From Lingula anatina (taxonomy: Eukaryota > Animalia > Brachiopoda), in the NCBI GenBank assembly GCA_051362555.1, contig CM120641.1, forward strand, positions 2,418,001 through 2,482,000: 64,000 nt of DNA, in the 5' to 3' direction. Position 1 is the stretch's first letter, and each line of letters begins with the position of its first letter. The notes under the pieces are model-generated. The model made no database searches and was not told the DNA's origin. It worked only from the letters and a program-made list of their open reading frames with translations. Below are positions 50,129-63,119 of the stretch, in pieces. Made by a program: the position numbers and the translations under genes.

Positions 50129-52480
50129 GTAAGATATTAATTTTAGACACTTTTCCTAAAAAATTTGTAGGAAAAAATATTTTATGTTAAGTGTTAAGTA
50201 AGTTTAAGCTAAACTCCCCTAAATATGTTTCATTAGAAGCTGAGATTGCTTGAAATAGTAAGTAAAGAAAAATGATGTTTTAGTCATTGAGCTATGCATT
50301 TTGCTGAAAAGATTTGACATCGGTGACTGAGTGAACAATGAATAAATACTAAATAAATACTGGCCATAACTTAATTCAAGCAGCAGACAAAAAAGTGCAC
50401 ATCCCATCTTAGCCCCAGTCAGGGTAAAATTTTACCTGTGATCTTAGTATTTCACTGTGAAGTTACCTCTCAGAGAATTGTCACAGCTGACACAATGGTG
50501 TTTGCATTGTGAGCTCAACTAACACAATGCAGGCAGCAGGCTAGAGTTCATGGTACAATTTATAGATACCTTGATGCAGATTATTCTATCAATAAATGAA
50601 AGACTTCTAAGGATTGATTGACTTAAATTGAAGAGAATGGTCGGTGTTTTTTTTTTTGTTTGTTTGTTTGTTTGTTTTTTTTTTCTTTTTCCAAGGAATG
50701 GCTTTTGTCTCAAAGAAAACATCAAATAATGTCTGGAAATCAATCCCAAAACTTAGTCGGTGAGTTAAGGCTGGTAAACCCATAAAGCAAATGTCAAACA
50801 CTGAAATGATGCACATAAAATGCAGGATTGCACCAGTGCCTTTCAACTTGACCTATAATACCCCCATTTAATATGAGTACCTCATATTTAAAATGGCAGT
50901 CCCAAAAGTTTCCCAGACACGCCTTTTGGGTTTTCTTCTCAGTTTAACATCTTCTGCTGTTTTTCTAAACCATCTGATTGATGTTTATTGCTGTGCAGCA
51001 GCAGCAGATAGGGTTAAAAGTGTGTTTTGGAAGGACCTAATGATTTCCCCATTGATTAGCTGTCTGAGTTAAAGTGGAGTAACTCTAGACCAGTCTCTGT
51101 ATGCCTGCAATCTGATCATTTACGTCATTGATAGTCAGATTTTTTTTTATAAAAGTGCACAGATGATATAGCACAAGTGGAGCACATAGGACCAAGGTCA
51201 TGGAGTTCGGTTACATGAATATTGCAGAGAAAGAATAGGTTATCCTTGTAAAGTGCTGTGTACATGAAAATGTATCATTATAACAAAATATAGCCTATAA
51301 TATGACTGCTCTTGATATGCTGTACTATTGGGGTGTGCAACCAGCAGTATAAACATTTGAATCATTTTCTTGCTACGCTAGTGGATATTCCAATATCACA
51401 GTATGTATTTCATTCTTTTTTCCTGAATAAGATAAAATCTCTTTCCATTCCTTTTATTACATCTGTACATAATTTTCTTAAATCTTTGTGTAATTTGGTT
51501 CGATCCCCAGTGACATATTTTATATCCCAATCAGTAAAAACATGTGGCAGAATATACCCCAAGTTTTATGGCATTGCTAAGGCACCATTGCAAAAAGAGA
51601 TTGTTTGAACTTTCTGTGAAATTGTCTGAACCATCTGGTACATTTGGTGCACCCTATTGGCCTTTAATGTCTGCATTCTGGCATCTAACTGGGTATCTCA
51701 TCCTACTTCTGAAAGCAACACTTGAGACTATCATACCTGTGGAAAGTATCCTAGCTGTAGGACAGGTACATTGAGGTAGGTCAAACTGTTGAAAGCACAA
51801 AGGATTTTAAATACTCTGTATGTTTTCTTTTTCAAATGGAAAATGAAACTACTTTTATATCTCATTATTGGTCTTGATTTGCAACATGATTGAACTAAGA
51901 AGATTTTAATGATCAAATTTAACAAATATTATGTTTAAGTAGGCTCAGTTTTCATATCAAGGTGTGGGGAAGTTTGGGAATGGTACTGCCGCCGGAAACG
52001 TTTAGGGCAAACAATAAAGATTGTGTGGTCAGAAGCAAAAATACTCTTGTTTTCTTACATGGTCTAAATTTGAGAGAAAAATATCCTCAGGAGATTAAAA
52101 CACCTCTGTTTGATAAGATTTGTGTTGGAAATGTAATGATGTTTATCTGTTGCTATTGTCCGTGTATTTTTTCCTAATTGACATACTGCCTTGTATGTGT
52201 TTATAATTCTGTTCATGATTTTCATTTAATTAAGTTCTTATGACTGGTTATGTACATTTTCTTCCATGCTAGAGTGATTATGTTCTTATTATTTTCACTG
52301 CAGTGAATGCAGTTGGGGTCATGTTACAGAAGTTTTTACCTTAACCAAATAATTATATTTCATGTTTCTCACTTCTTTATACAGTATAAATTATCCACAG
52401 CATTTGATAAACATCATATATCTAAGTGTGAGCAAAGACCATATTTTCAGTGATTAATTTTTTGGGGGGTTCTCTTGCAG

Positions 52481-52681
52481 ATCTTCTGGCTCCACCACCC
52501 CTCAGTTTGAGGCGCAGTCTGGAATTAATATGGAGGACAAGCTGATGGAACGCCTGGCAGGGGTTGCAGATGCTTCTAATGCCGCAGCTGCAAGGAGGCG
52601 ACGCTTTCAAAGGAGAAGTCACGACGACTGGAGAACACGCACACAACCTATAACAGAAGAGGAGGTGAAGGAGGCTGACAG
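52481..52681 (+). CDS. SVIL: SVIL exon, 201 nt, phase 2-2 (SSGSTTPQF...WRTRTQPITEEEVKEAD)
   Basis: tctcttgcag| acceptor, CAG|GTAAGA donor, TQPIT motif; not listed as a + strand ORF in the track. Confidence 0.9.
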
Positions 52682-53607
52682 GTAAGATGTGTGGGGAATC
52701 AGTGTTTGTAGCAGGGTAGTATGATTTGTAATCTAAGAATGTCAGTTTCTTGTTTCGTGGGACACAGAAATGATTTCATCAAGTCCAATTCTTCCTGTTA
52801 TTTTACAATAATGCCAAAGTGCTTTATATTGCCACCATAGCCATTTCTTTTTTTGTCTTCCGTTTAATTCTGGAAAAAATTAATATTGTACTTTCCAGTA
52901 ATACTGCCTAGTTTGTTACACATTAAAAAAGTAGGTAAAAACGTGGATGTTCTATGGAGTACTTTTTATTTAAAAAAAAAAGCTCACTATTTTGTTTGAA
53001 ACCTCAACTTCCCATCACTATTTGCCTTGAGTAAGCCTCTCTAGCTACTGATAAAAAAAATAATTGAATAAAATGTAATGTGATCTCATGTCAACAAATG
53101 TCCAAGTGGTAGATGGTCGGTGAAGTTCATGTTGATTTATTACTCAATAAGCAAAAGTATTACGTACTTTTTTGTTTTCACACAGATGTTACTTATGATT
53201 TATATGGCTTTCATTCCTGTAGGCCACAATGCTAGCGTTTGTAGAGAAAATTTATGGTGGTATATGTAAGCACCTGCATTTGTGCAGAAATGTGATAAAA
53301 TTATTGATTCATAATATAGACATATGTACACCTGCCATTGATAGTGTGGAGGATAGAGAATTCTCCATGTCTTAGATGACTCAAACATCCCTTCCTCCAT
53401 GACATCACACCAGAAATACCCTCATAAAATGGCCATCATACAAGTACACTTTGGGGGATTTTATGACAGCATCTTTCAAATTACTGTGGTCATAAAATCA
53501 CTTGATATTGTAGTATAAGGACTTATTCATTATTTTGGGTGATTTATGATGCTTAAAGTACATTCTGATTTGGTTTATATTATATACGTCCTTGTCTCTC
53601 CTTTCAG

Positions 53608-54441
53608 TCTGCCAACTGTTATTGCCTTTCGAGCAGAAGTGACAAAGCAAGCCTCGTTAAATGTGTTCCAACAACTGAAGAAGAAGGAAGAGGTCAAGCC
53701 ATGGGTATCCCACGAGGCCACCTACAAACCAGGAGATAAACTAGAATATCCCGAGCCTCTATCCAAAACCTTGAAGAAGCAGAAAAAGAAAAAGACCAGC
53801 AGTGCTGAGAAGCGGCGACAGGGAAGATACAAAACCCTGCCCATCACTGGAGAAGAGCTCAGTGCTATACCAGAGTACGACGTACTGACTAAGACCACGC
53901 CTGCAGTGACTGTACCTGAGCTACAGCTTAGTGTATTTAAAGGACCATCCACGGTGTCTGCTGTTCTTCCCACAAGACCTTTGAGACAAGGCACCACTCC
54001 AGTTAAACAACAAGAATCTGGTATCTTCTCTTCACCCGAGTTGGATTCATCGAGACTAGATACCTCGGAATCTCTCCAAGGTGACATCAGTGACAGCGAT
54101 GTGGATAGGTTAGTGGCTCTGAATGCAAGAGAACTGGAAAATTTACAAGATCTTGCTTTGGATTACGATTTACCCGATGACGATTCAGCTCGCATGAGCG
54201 TTTCTGTTAAAACTACAATATTCAACAAGCTCACCAAAGAACAGATTGAAGCAGCAGCCAAGGAACCAAGACACAAGGACATTGCACCGCCAGCTCGATT
54301 TGCCGAGAAAAAAAGGGTTCGACCCAAGACGCAGCCTGTCACAGAGGAGGAAGTCAAAGTGGCGGCCAGGATGAGGCAACCAGAAGTAGTGAACAAAAAG
54401 AAAGAAGAGACTACGTCAGATTCAGATGAGGATGCCTCGAG
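53608..54441 (+). CDS. SVIL: SVIL exon, 834 nt, phase 2-2 (RYKTLPIT, MSVSVKTTIFNKL, RPKTQPVTEEEV)
   Basis: 299-aa track ORF, ctcctttcag| acceptor, GAG|GTAGGC donor, supervillin motifs. Confidence 0.9.
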
Positions 54442-55021
54442 GTAGGCTTCTTTTTCTGAGGGCAGAATGGAGATTTCTTACCCCCTAAATGTTTTGCAGT
54501 TTCTATTTGGATCTTAGTTCACCCAAGTATTGATCTGGATTGATTTGTTAAATATTGTGATGCATAAAAATATTTGTAAGTAAAAACCTTACAAAAGTAT
54601 AACCTTTTGAGATATACCCCCTGTATGCTCGAAATTTGATGCTCTCGAAGCATTTTAAATCTCACATCTGACTTCATTGAAATGATAGGAACATTCAAAG
54701 ATTCTCAGCTATTGTGAATATAGTTCCTGTTTAGATGTTTTTACTGTTCCAAAATACCTTTTCACAGTGAAGAAAACTTCTTTAAAAATTATTCTTGAAG
54801 ATTTGTTTATATTCCTTTTAATAAAATAATTCTGTACCTGAACATGAAAGATAAAGATTTATTTAGCAAGTAAATTATACAGGTATACATGTTTGTATAA
54901 TGAGAATAGCAAGCCATGTCAGCATCCACATAATATATCACAATTGTAAGCCAATATCCAATAAAAAAGAAATAATGTTGTAATCAGGGCACAATGTCAC
55001 TGCTTGTATATTTTCCATCAG

Positions 55022-55163
55022 GTTGAGTCTGGCAGAGAAGATGAAACTTTTTTCACAGAAGATTGAAGAAAAGAAGGAACCAAAGAGCAAGAAACCATTG
55101 CGTCCTGATGCGCCAGTCACCAGGCGGCGAATGAGAAGATTGGGTTCAAGGTTTAAGACACAG
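55022..55163 (+). CDS. SVIL: SVIL exon, 142 nt, phase 2-0 (LSLAEKMKLF...RRLGSRFKTQ)
   Basis: Resembles vertebrate LSLAEKLALF...RYQTQ (recalled); CAG|GTGAGA donor. Confidence 0.9.
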
Positions 55164-56399
55164 GTGAGATACGTAGAAATGGTAAAAAGATGTATTAGTT
55201 ATATATTGTATATAGTGGTTTATGCTGACCTGGTTAGACACATCTTGTAAATGGGACATTCCAAAAAAAACTTCATTATATGAGTCATGTCAGTGGTGCA
55301 CATATTTTGTGTAATATTTGCATAATCATGACATGCCCCATTATTGTCTATAATACTATAGTACACTCCAATATGAGAAGTAATAAGCAGTTATCAAAAA
55401 GTGATAAAAACAATAATGCAGGTATTACACATATAGTATGTATATCACTGATGCAACTCGTAGAATAGCTTTATTTTTGTGATATGACTCAAATATTACC
55501 ATGATATTTGAGGGGTAATGATTGAAATGGGTTTAGAAGTAAAATGGGTTTAGTTAAGTTAATGAAAATGTACTTTTAGTGAACACCTATTTCAGGTTAA
55601 GGTATTGTTGCTTTTCATGGGTGTCAACATATAGACACTAATGTAGAGTACTAAATGCCAAAGTTTAAGCCTTAGCTACCAGAGCCAAATTTTGACATTT
55701 TGCTCTTCCACTCTTCTATCAAGTTGTTGGTGACATACTATCTTGATACATCTATATGCGCCAAGATCATTCTGCTAAAAGGTTTTGTAATGTGATTTCA
55801 TTATGTATTCAAGATAAAAGTAGTGCTGTCTTTAGTTGGTATGAGCAAGTTCTCACCAGATTTTCTCTAAACTACCATATCTCTGACCATGGTTTTGAAT
55901 TTAGCTTAGCCAAAGAGGTACTCCTCCAAGGTGTAGCTTAAATTGAAATATTTCAACATTGATCAATCCCTTAATTCATGAAAGGTTAAACCTGAGAGTG
56001 GAGTAAGTTATAGACCTACCACCCATGATGAGTGAATCTTAGGTTTCTGTTTTGATTGAATTTATTTTGTGAAGTGGTTTTCAATCGGCAAGAATCTGTG
56101 TTTTTGTAGACGGGTATATCATTAGAGTGTTATGTCATTAGCCTTGAAGCCATGTTAAATTGTAAGAGGGGTGGAGGGCCTTGGCATGAATGAGATTCAA
56201 AAATAATTGATGAGATTGATATAATCTTCTATATTGATAATCACTCTGAGATGAGATTTTGATTGATTTCATATTGGGTAGGTTTGAATCCAAGGTATAC
56301 CCTGTGTTTTTGTAGCAGGGTGTATCATTGGAGCTCAGTCGCATGCCCAGCAGCCATGGTTACCTGGTCTTTGTAAAGTTAGAGATGAGATACTTTATA

Positions 56400-57000
56400 A
56401 TGGACTCCATTTCCCTTTCGTGACCAGTGTAAGATGACACTGAAATTTTCTCAAACGGTGAGGAAACATAAAAGGCCATTAAAGTAATTCAGAGCTGGGT
56501 TATTGCTACTCCAGTGGAAGGAGATCGGGCAGTTACTAATTCATCTGAAGGATGGTCCTCTGTCCCAGTGAATGGCATATCGCATTGGCCATCACCAGCT
56601 TGACCAGTTTTGAGCCAGTCTTGAATTAGTTCTTCACTAGTTCTTGCAATCAGCTTCAAAATTGATTGCAGTTATTTTCCAAATCAAGAAAAGCAACAGT
56701 TACTGTTAACTCCTAGTACTTGAAGGCACTAAAGCAGGTTTTAACTGGTTTTCAACCAAGCCAGAATTCTGCCTGGTGTCAACCTAGCCCAAAGGAAGTG
56801 GAGATGGACCCAAGGTGTCACCTTCTTACCCTCCTAGGACGGATGGCTACCCAAGAGGAAAATTTCTAGTTTGGTTGATGATCTGACCCCTGATGGCTGA
56901 GGGATAGGAAGTTCACTGAAAAGGTGCAACTTACACCTCAACTGTTTTTAAGCGGCAAGGTTATTACCAGGGTTTGGAGATAATTTGGCAGAGGTACAAA
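56400..57000 (-). mobile_element. Possible decayed RTE-clade LINE 5' region
   Basis: Minus strand CCTCTTGGGTAGCCATCCGTCCTAGGAGGGTAAGAAGG resembles RTE 5'-UTR motifs (recalled); locally higher GC; no intact ORF. Confidence 0.25.
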
Positions 57001-57307
57001 TATGTAGCTGTACCAGTGCCTGGAGGTCAGGGGTCTTGTGGATGGGGGGCTATCACTGGGGGGGGGGGTATCTATGTGACTGTCACATATTCAACATTGA
57101 GATATGTGTTGATTTATGAACACAGAATTTGTTGAGTTTGCACAACAGGTAGACAGTGGCAGAGGTAAATGGAAAGCAAGAGCTCTGAAGCACTTTCATT
57201 TATATTTCAGCTCTGGTTCAGTTTACATGTGTACCCCCTCTGATACCCTCTGATGTGACTATATATACACATATTCACATATATATGTAGTTTCTGTTCT
57301 CTTCCAG

Positions 57308-57404
57308 CCTGTTACTTCAGAGGAGGTAGAGAAAGCCAGCACTTCTAGGATATCACCCTTGGCCATTACCTTCATCAAGCCTCCAGATCCAGAAATTCTG
57401 GCTG
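57308..57404 (+). CDS. SVIL: SVIL exon, 97 nt, phase 0-1 (PVTSEEVEKASTSRISPLAITFIKPPDPEILA)
   Basis: Completes the split TQ|PVT motif; ttctcttccag| acceptor, CTG|GTAAGT donor. Confidence 0.92.
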
Positions 57405-60400
57405 GTAAGTGGAATAGAGAAGTATACCATATGCCCCCCCTCCCCCGTCAGCAGCTACAGGGGGGGGGGGGGAGGTGGAGGAAAGTAGATCTTTGTTGCT
57501 TTACTCTATCTTGGTAGGTAAATACATAATATGAATTTGTTTGTATATGGGTATAAATATTTTCACAGTGATTACCTCTTTTCATATCATTTATTTGAAA
57601 TGACAAATAAGCAGGCTTTAGATATATGATTTAAGAGACCTTGCAATTATTGTCTTAATATAAAGTAGAATTGTTTTTTAGGCTGCTAATATTCATATAG
57701 TCTATGTCTGAACTTGCATAGGGTTATAGATACATAGGTTATGCTTAGTGTGTGGTTATTATTTCAGCAAGATGGCAAAAGATAATTCTTAGCCATAAAA
57801 AATGCCATGACCTTTTGTCACCTGTCATGTCATCACAGGTAAAGGTACTTAAAATGAAATGGTGAGCCAAGAAAATGATGGCAAAATGATTTCATGTTAA
57901 TTGAGACAATGCAAGATTTAATGTTGGGATTTATGAAGGAAATGTATGATTTATTACTAGTAATTTATGAAAAATGTTACACAAGGATATTCCCCATTAT
58001 ACATGTACACGTGCGCACACTATTGCCCTTAAAAAAAAAACCGCAGGACTCGAGTTCTGGCTGATGCAGCTTTGCAAATAACAGTCCTCATTTCTCCAAA
58101 ATACAGAAATTTTCCCTGTTAATTACTAAGATTCCACAGCCCAGAGAGGAAGTCTGACATGTAGACCTGCCAATGTAAGTACAGTTCCAGTTGTTATAAT
58201 ATCCTTTTACCATCTGGATATCCATTCATCACTATTATTTGACCCAAGTTTTGGTATAATAGGAGGAAGGAGCTGCTTCCTTTACAAATTAGGCACTTAT
58301 TTCTTTTTCCTCCAAAACTTACTTTGTATCAGAAATATTACATTTTGGGTTTCGTACGTCTTTGTATGTTGTATTTGTATGGGAAACAGCAGGGTGGTTG
58401 TTCAGTATTTTTCAAAAGCATACTCCATGTAAAAGGGCTGCTAGTTATCTCATACATTTACCAGCCAATCTGTCAAAGTGAATGGCCATGGTGGGGAGTT
58501 TTTCCCCTTGGCTATTCAGGGCAGTGCAGCGTTCTCTCAATCTTCAGCAAACATTCTTTTTGATGTGGTCCGTGGCAGCCAGCTAGGTGTACTTCTTTGG
58601 TTACCTCTGAAGCAAATTGGCCAAAATGTTCTTTGTTTTTAAGGAAAATTATGTTTTTATAGTAGTTTTTTTCCGAGATTGATGAGCTTTATCAGGAGTT
58701 TTAAATAAAAGATAATTGGTGGTTTGTGATAACAGAAGGGGATAACTTATTTCAGCTTCAGCAGATCATTTCCCACAATAAAAAGTTCAGTTGATTCAAC
58801 AAGAAATAATCATCCAGTTAACTAATTCTGTGTGTATGAAACCTCAGTAAATGTAAAGTAAATGTTAAATCAAGCATGCTTATCTAAAAAAAACCTGCCT
58901 TTAATCATAAAGTTCAGTTTCAGTAGGAGCATTTCATTAGTAATGTCCAAGAAACCAGTAGTAATATAACATTAACAAAGTAATAAACCAACTTTCAAGA
59001 ATCAGATCCAAAACAAAAAAGACAAGGATCTAAAACTGCTGAGAAAAAAATTTTAGCATAGACCCTTTTCATATTGCATGGTACAGTTTTCTGTATGGCA
59101 TCAGTTTGAAAGATGAACAACGTGGTAGACTGGTTATTACAGAAGAGGGTCACCACATAAACAGAGCTCCTGTGTTCAACACGACCAGTTAACCAGATAG
59201 ATAACAATTAGAATATAGGGCTTGTGAAAGTGTGTAGCCCCCTTTCCCCAATTGATCATATATAAGGATTGATAGTACAGAAAACTTGTGCTGCTGGACG
59301 TGAAAAGGATCTTAATTGACAAAGTTAACAGGGATATTTTGTACTGGTCCAGGACCTTGCAGCTTACATTTTATCACACTGTTGTACATGGGGTGGGTTT
59401 TTTATTTGTCCTAATTAGTATGCCCTAAGACACCCGTTATAACAGTGACAGGAGATGATGTGCCAGAACAGTAAACTGGGGGCCGCAGGCATAGTGTCTG
59501 GTCAACATGATCAAAGCCTACAATGTTGAGACCTGTAGTCCTATCTTGTTAGTAATTACCAGCTGGGGGCAGAAAAAAACAGCATTGCACTCAGTTGACC
59601 CCGATGCACATGTACCTAAGAGTGAAAAATTTCCAGCAAGACTAATAAAGTTAGTAAGCTGGAGCTTGAAGGGATTATTTATTAACAGCAAGTGAACTGA
59701 GAACAAGTTTTGCAGCTGGCGTGTTCTAAATAAATAGAATGCCTATCACTTACACGTATTGAACTGATAGTAAATTCAAGGTGTATGGTTTTACTTCATT
59801 GTAAATAATAGGAAAACATTTTATCTGTAAATTCCAATAAATGATAAGATAGTGTGAGTAACGCCAGGAAAAAACACGGATGACGTGAATCACCTTCCAC
59901 TCTGTGTGTACATTGTGTTAGAATATTTACCATCTGAACCATAATTCCTTCCACTTTGAATACCATTTGTTGTTCAATTTAAAACTACATCTGCCATGAA
60001 ATTCGGAGCTTTGCAACATTTACCACATCTCAAGCAGTCATAGGGGGTCACTATGGTTCATGGTCCCTCCATTTCTGGGTGATTGAAAATGGAAGATAAT
60101 GAATAGATTATGCGTGCGGAGCGCACTAATGCCATCCCGAGAGCTTACGTGAACAAAAGCCTTTCTTTTGACAAGATAGGCGTAGCCTAATGCAGCAGGA
60201 AACTTGTAGTAATGGTTGAATGACAACAAAAGTTTTGTCCAACTCTGGTTCCTCGGCCATGAAAATCAAGGTGTGTCTAGTCAAGGACAGTTGAGATGGA
60301 AAAAGCAATAGGCATCAACAGAGAATCAAACCTAAGGTTTATTTGTCTGATGTCTCTGATAAGAAAGAATTCATTCAGTTTCAAGTTTGAAGAAGTCCTG

Positions 60401-60623
60401 TTTTTCAGTTTGTATAAGTAACGTTAAGGTCACTATCTTTTGTTGGGTGGAAGATATCTCTCAAAATACATGGCATGATATGATATGACAGCTCTAATTA
60501 ATAATTTTAATCAACCTATGGTTCTGCCATACATTGTTAATTAAAATTGCAATTTATCTACGTCACATTTTATATTTGATTGTCATTATAAGGACCTCCT
60601 CAACCTGTTTATTTGTTACATGT

Positions 60624-60643
60624 TTTTTTTTGTTTTTGTTTTT

Positions 60644-60688
<45 letters not shown>

Positions 60689-60698
60689 TTTTTTTTTA
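60624..60698. repeat. Poly-T / (TTTTTG)n tract
   Basis: Directly visible. Confidence 0.9.
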
Positions 60699-60957
60699 GG
60701 AAAGATTTGAAATAGAATATTTGTAGGGAATAACTTACCCAGCAAAGACATTGTACATGTACATTATATGCTATTGGCTCATATTTTGGCTTGTTTGGAA
60801 ATATGCTAATTAAAATGATGAGTGAAAATGGAAACATCCTATCACCATCCATCAGATCTATTAATTAATTAATATTGACATGTAAGTTGCAGTGATTTAA
60901 TATTACTGTCATTATAATGTATTAATGTGTAAACTTTATTTTCTCCTCTGTCTTCAG

Positions 60958-61146
60958 GTCTTCCATTGAGTGCCCAGAGGGATATTATGGTCCAACACGC
61001 TGGAGCAGTTCTCTCTGCCCCCAACTCACAGCCCAACTCTCAGCCCAACTCTCAGCCTAACTCCCAGCCTAGTTCCCAGCCTAATTCACAGCCTGGTTCA
61101 CAGCCTGGATCAAGAAGAAGCTCCATGTCAGATAACAAAGCCAAAG
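60958..61146 (+). CDS. SVIL: SVIL exon, 189 nt, phase 1-1, with a coding 12-bp repeat (P[N/S/G]SQ)
   Basis: ttctcctctgtcttcag| acceptor, AAG|GTATTC donor, open frame. Confidence 0.85.
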
Positions 61147-63000
61147 GTATTCTTTTTCTGCTGCCTACATGTATGTAAGTGTATGAATACTACTAAAAAA
61201 AGCAAAATCTTTTCAAACTTTTTGATTTGATTTGTGAAGTTGCTTATTGTTCTGACTTATTTTCATCAAAAAATATATGCTGTCAAGAAAGGGAAATATT
61301 GGAGGTGTGAACATCTCTTGGGGTCAAAACTTACTCATATGGTTTGTTCAGACAAGTTCTAAAATTGCCCAAAATACATGTATGTTCAAATACTAAGTTG
61401 AAACTGATCTGAACAGGTATGTTGATTAACTTAAGTCAGGGTAGAGATTCTGCATGCTGTAATGCAATCAACATCATTAATACCTGATATGAACTATTTG
61501 TTAATTGACTGTACATAATTGAATGAAAACATGTTGATCTTCAAATCTGAAGAGAGTATGGTTGGAAGTTTATTTGCTGTATAGAAAGATTAGGCAAGTC
61601 AAGTTACTCAAGTTGAAAGTTAATTCCTTTGAGTATGGTGACTTACATATGGAAACTGAAACAGCACTGTATTTACTCTTATTATATTAATTAATAAACA
61701 AAGGGCCTGACAATGTGGGAAGGGGTACTTGTAGAAGAATTGTAAGTACCCTTACCTTATACGTAGAATTGGTCAATTTCAGGGCCATATCAGGACTGGC
61801 CAAAATTGTCGACCCCTGTGAAAGACTTATATTAATTGATTAATGAGCACCTGTTGTGATAGCATAGGGGGCAACCTGTTAATACCCTGGTCCTTATTGC
61901 AAAGGAATGCCATTTGCTTTAAGCAGATCATAATGGCACTTGTGCCTCAGCTTGCTTACATAACACGTCAAACTTAGTAATTTCTTAAGGAGGGGTTTTG
62001 TATGGAGTAAACTAGGTCACGCTTGCTCAGTGGAGGACAGGTGAGAGACAGGTAGATACATTTGGCATATACTGTTAGACATGTTTATCAAGGTAAAGGA
62101 CGATTTGGTCCAATTCCTTCATGATAAATTATAATGAAATTTCATGTTTGCCTCTCTAAGTAAAACCTGTATCAGTTTTATAACCGTGATTTATTTACAC
62201 TGCATATAAACATAGGACTGTGTAGCATTGTATGGGATACCCAGCCCAGAGTGTAACAGTATAGTATCCTAGTTTACAGTTCAATACATCAATGGTAATC
62301 TAACCCAGGTCTTTAGTAATACAAACCAGCTTTAAGTCTAGAGATTGAACTAGTGCCTGCTCTTCCATAGTGTGTGTAGGCTGGCCTAGAAATGATCCCA
62401 GTGAATACATGGGTTTATAGGCTCCAGTTTGCCTGCCACAGGAAAGAAGCTGGAAGTGGCAGCTAGTGGCCTGGGTGGAGTAATGAAGTAGCTAAAGGAT
62501 ACTGATGTGGCTCACTCCTAGGTCAGGAACATAGTTATTATACAGTGGTTGCTGACTGGAGCCCTGGTGGCTCTACTTGTGAGTAATGTGTGGTTTGCTT
62601 AAGAATTTCAGCTGATGCTATGTGTCATGTTATTACACAGCAGTTAATGTTGTGGGCATATTGTCGCTGTTGGTGAATTATAACACTGGAGAGTGGAGGG
62701 AAGGGTTTCAAAGACACTTAGGAAGATATATATGTGTTACAGTGGACCAGGGCTATGACTGAGAGTAATTTACGGTTGCTGTGAAAATGTCTCTAGACCA
62801 GTTAGCTTTTGGCTCATTCTAGGTACATTTCCCTTACTTGCTAGCAGAAGCTGCATTCAGACAAATTTTAAGATATAACAGGTTGAGGTTCATGTGGTGT
62901 CACCAGAAGGAAAACTGATATCACCATTGTAAGTGTTTGAAGAGCAAGGTAAAAGGGCCTTGCATGGAAAGAGGCATCAAGGAAAAAAAATATATATATA

Positions 63001-63006
63001 TACACA

Positions 63007-63051
<45 letters not shown>
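63001..63051. repeat. (CA)n microsatellite
   Basis: Directly visible. Confidence 0.95.
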
Positions 63052-63053
<2 letters not shown>

Positions 63054-63119
63054 TGGACTAGAAGGAAAACATGTTGTTTATTACATGATAACATACTTTT
63101 TTTTTTTCGCAACCTCCAG

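Noticed and set aside
58140-58174. 35-nt segment bounded by CAG and GTAAGT
   Set aside because: Inclusion would frameshift (phase 1 in, phase 0 out) and the pyrimidine tract is weak; a poison exon cannot be supported without reads.
60563-60852. Poly-Lys, poly-HT and poly-CV ORFs in the track
   Set aside because: Translations of poly-T and dinucleotide microsatellites.
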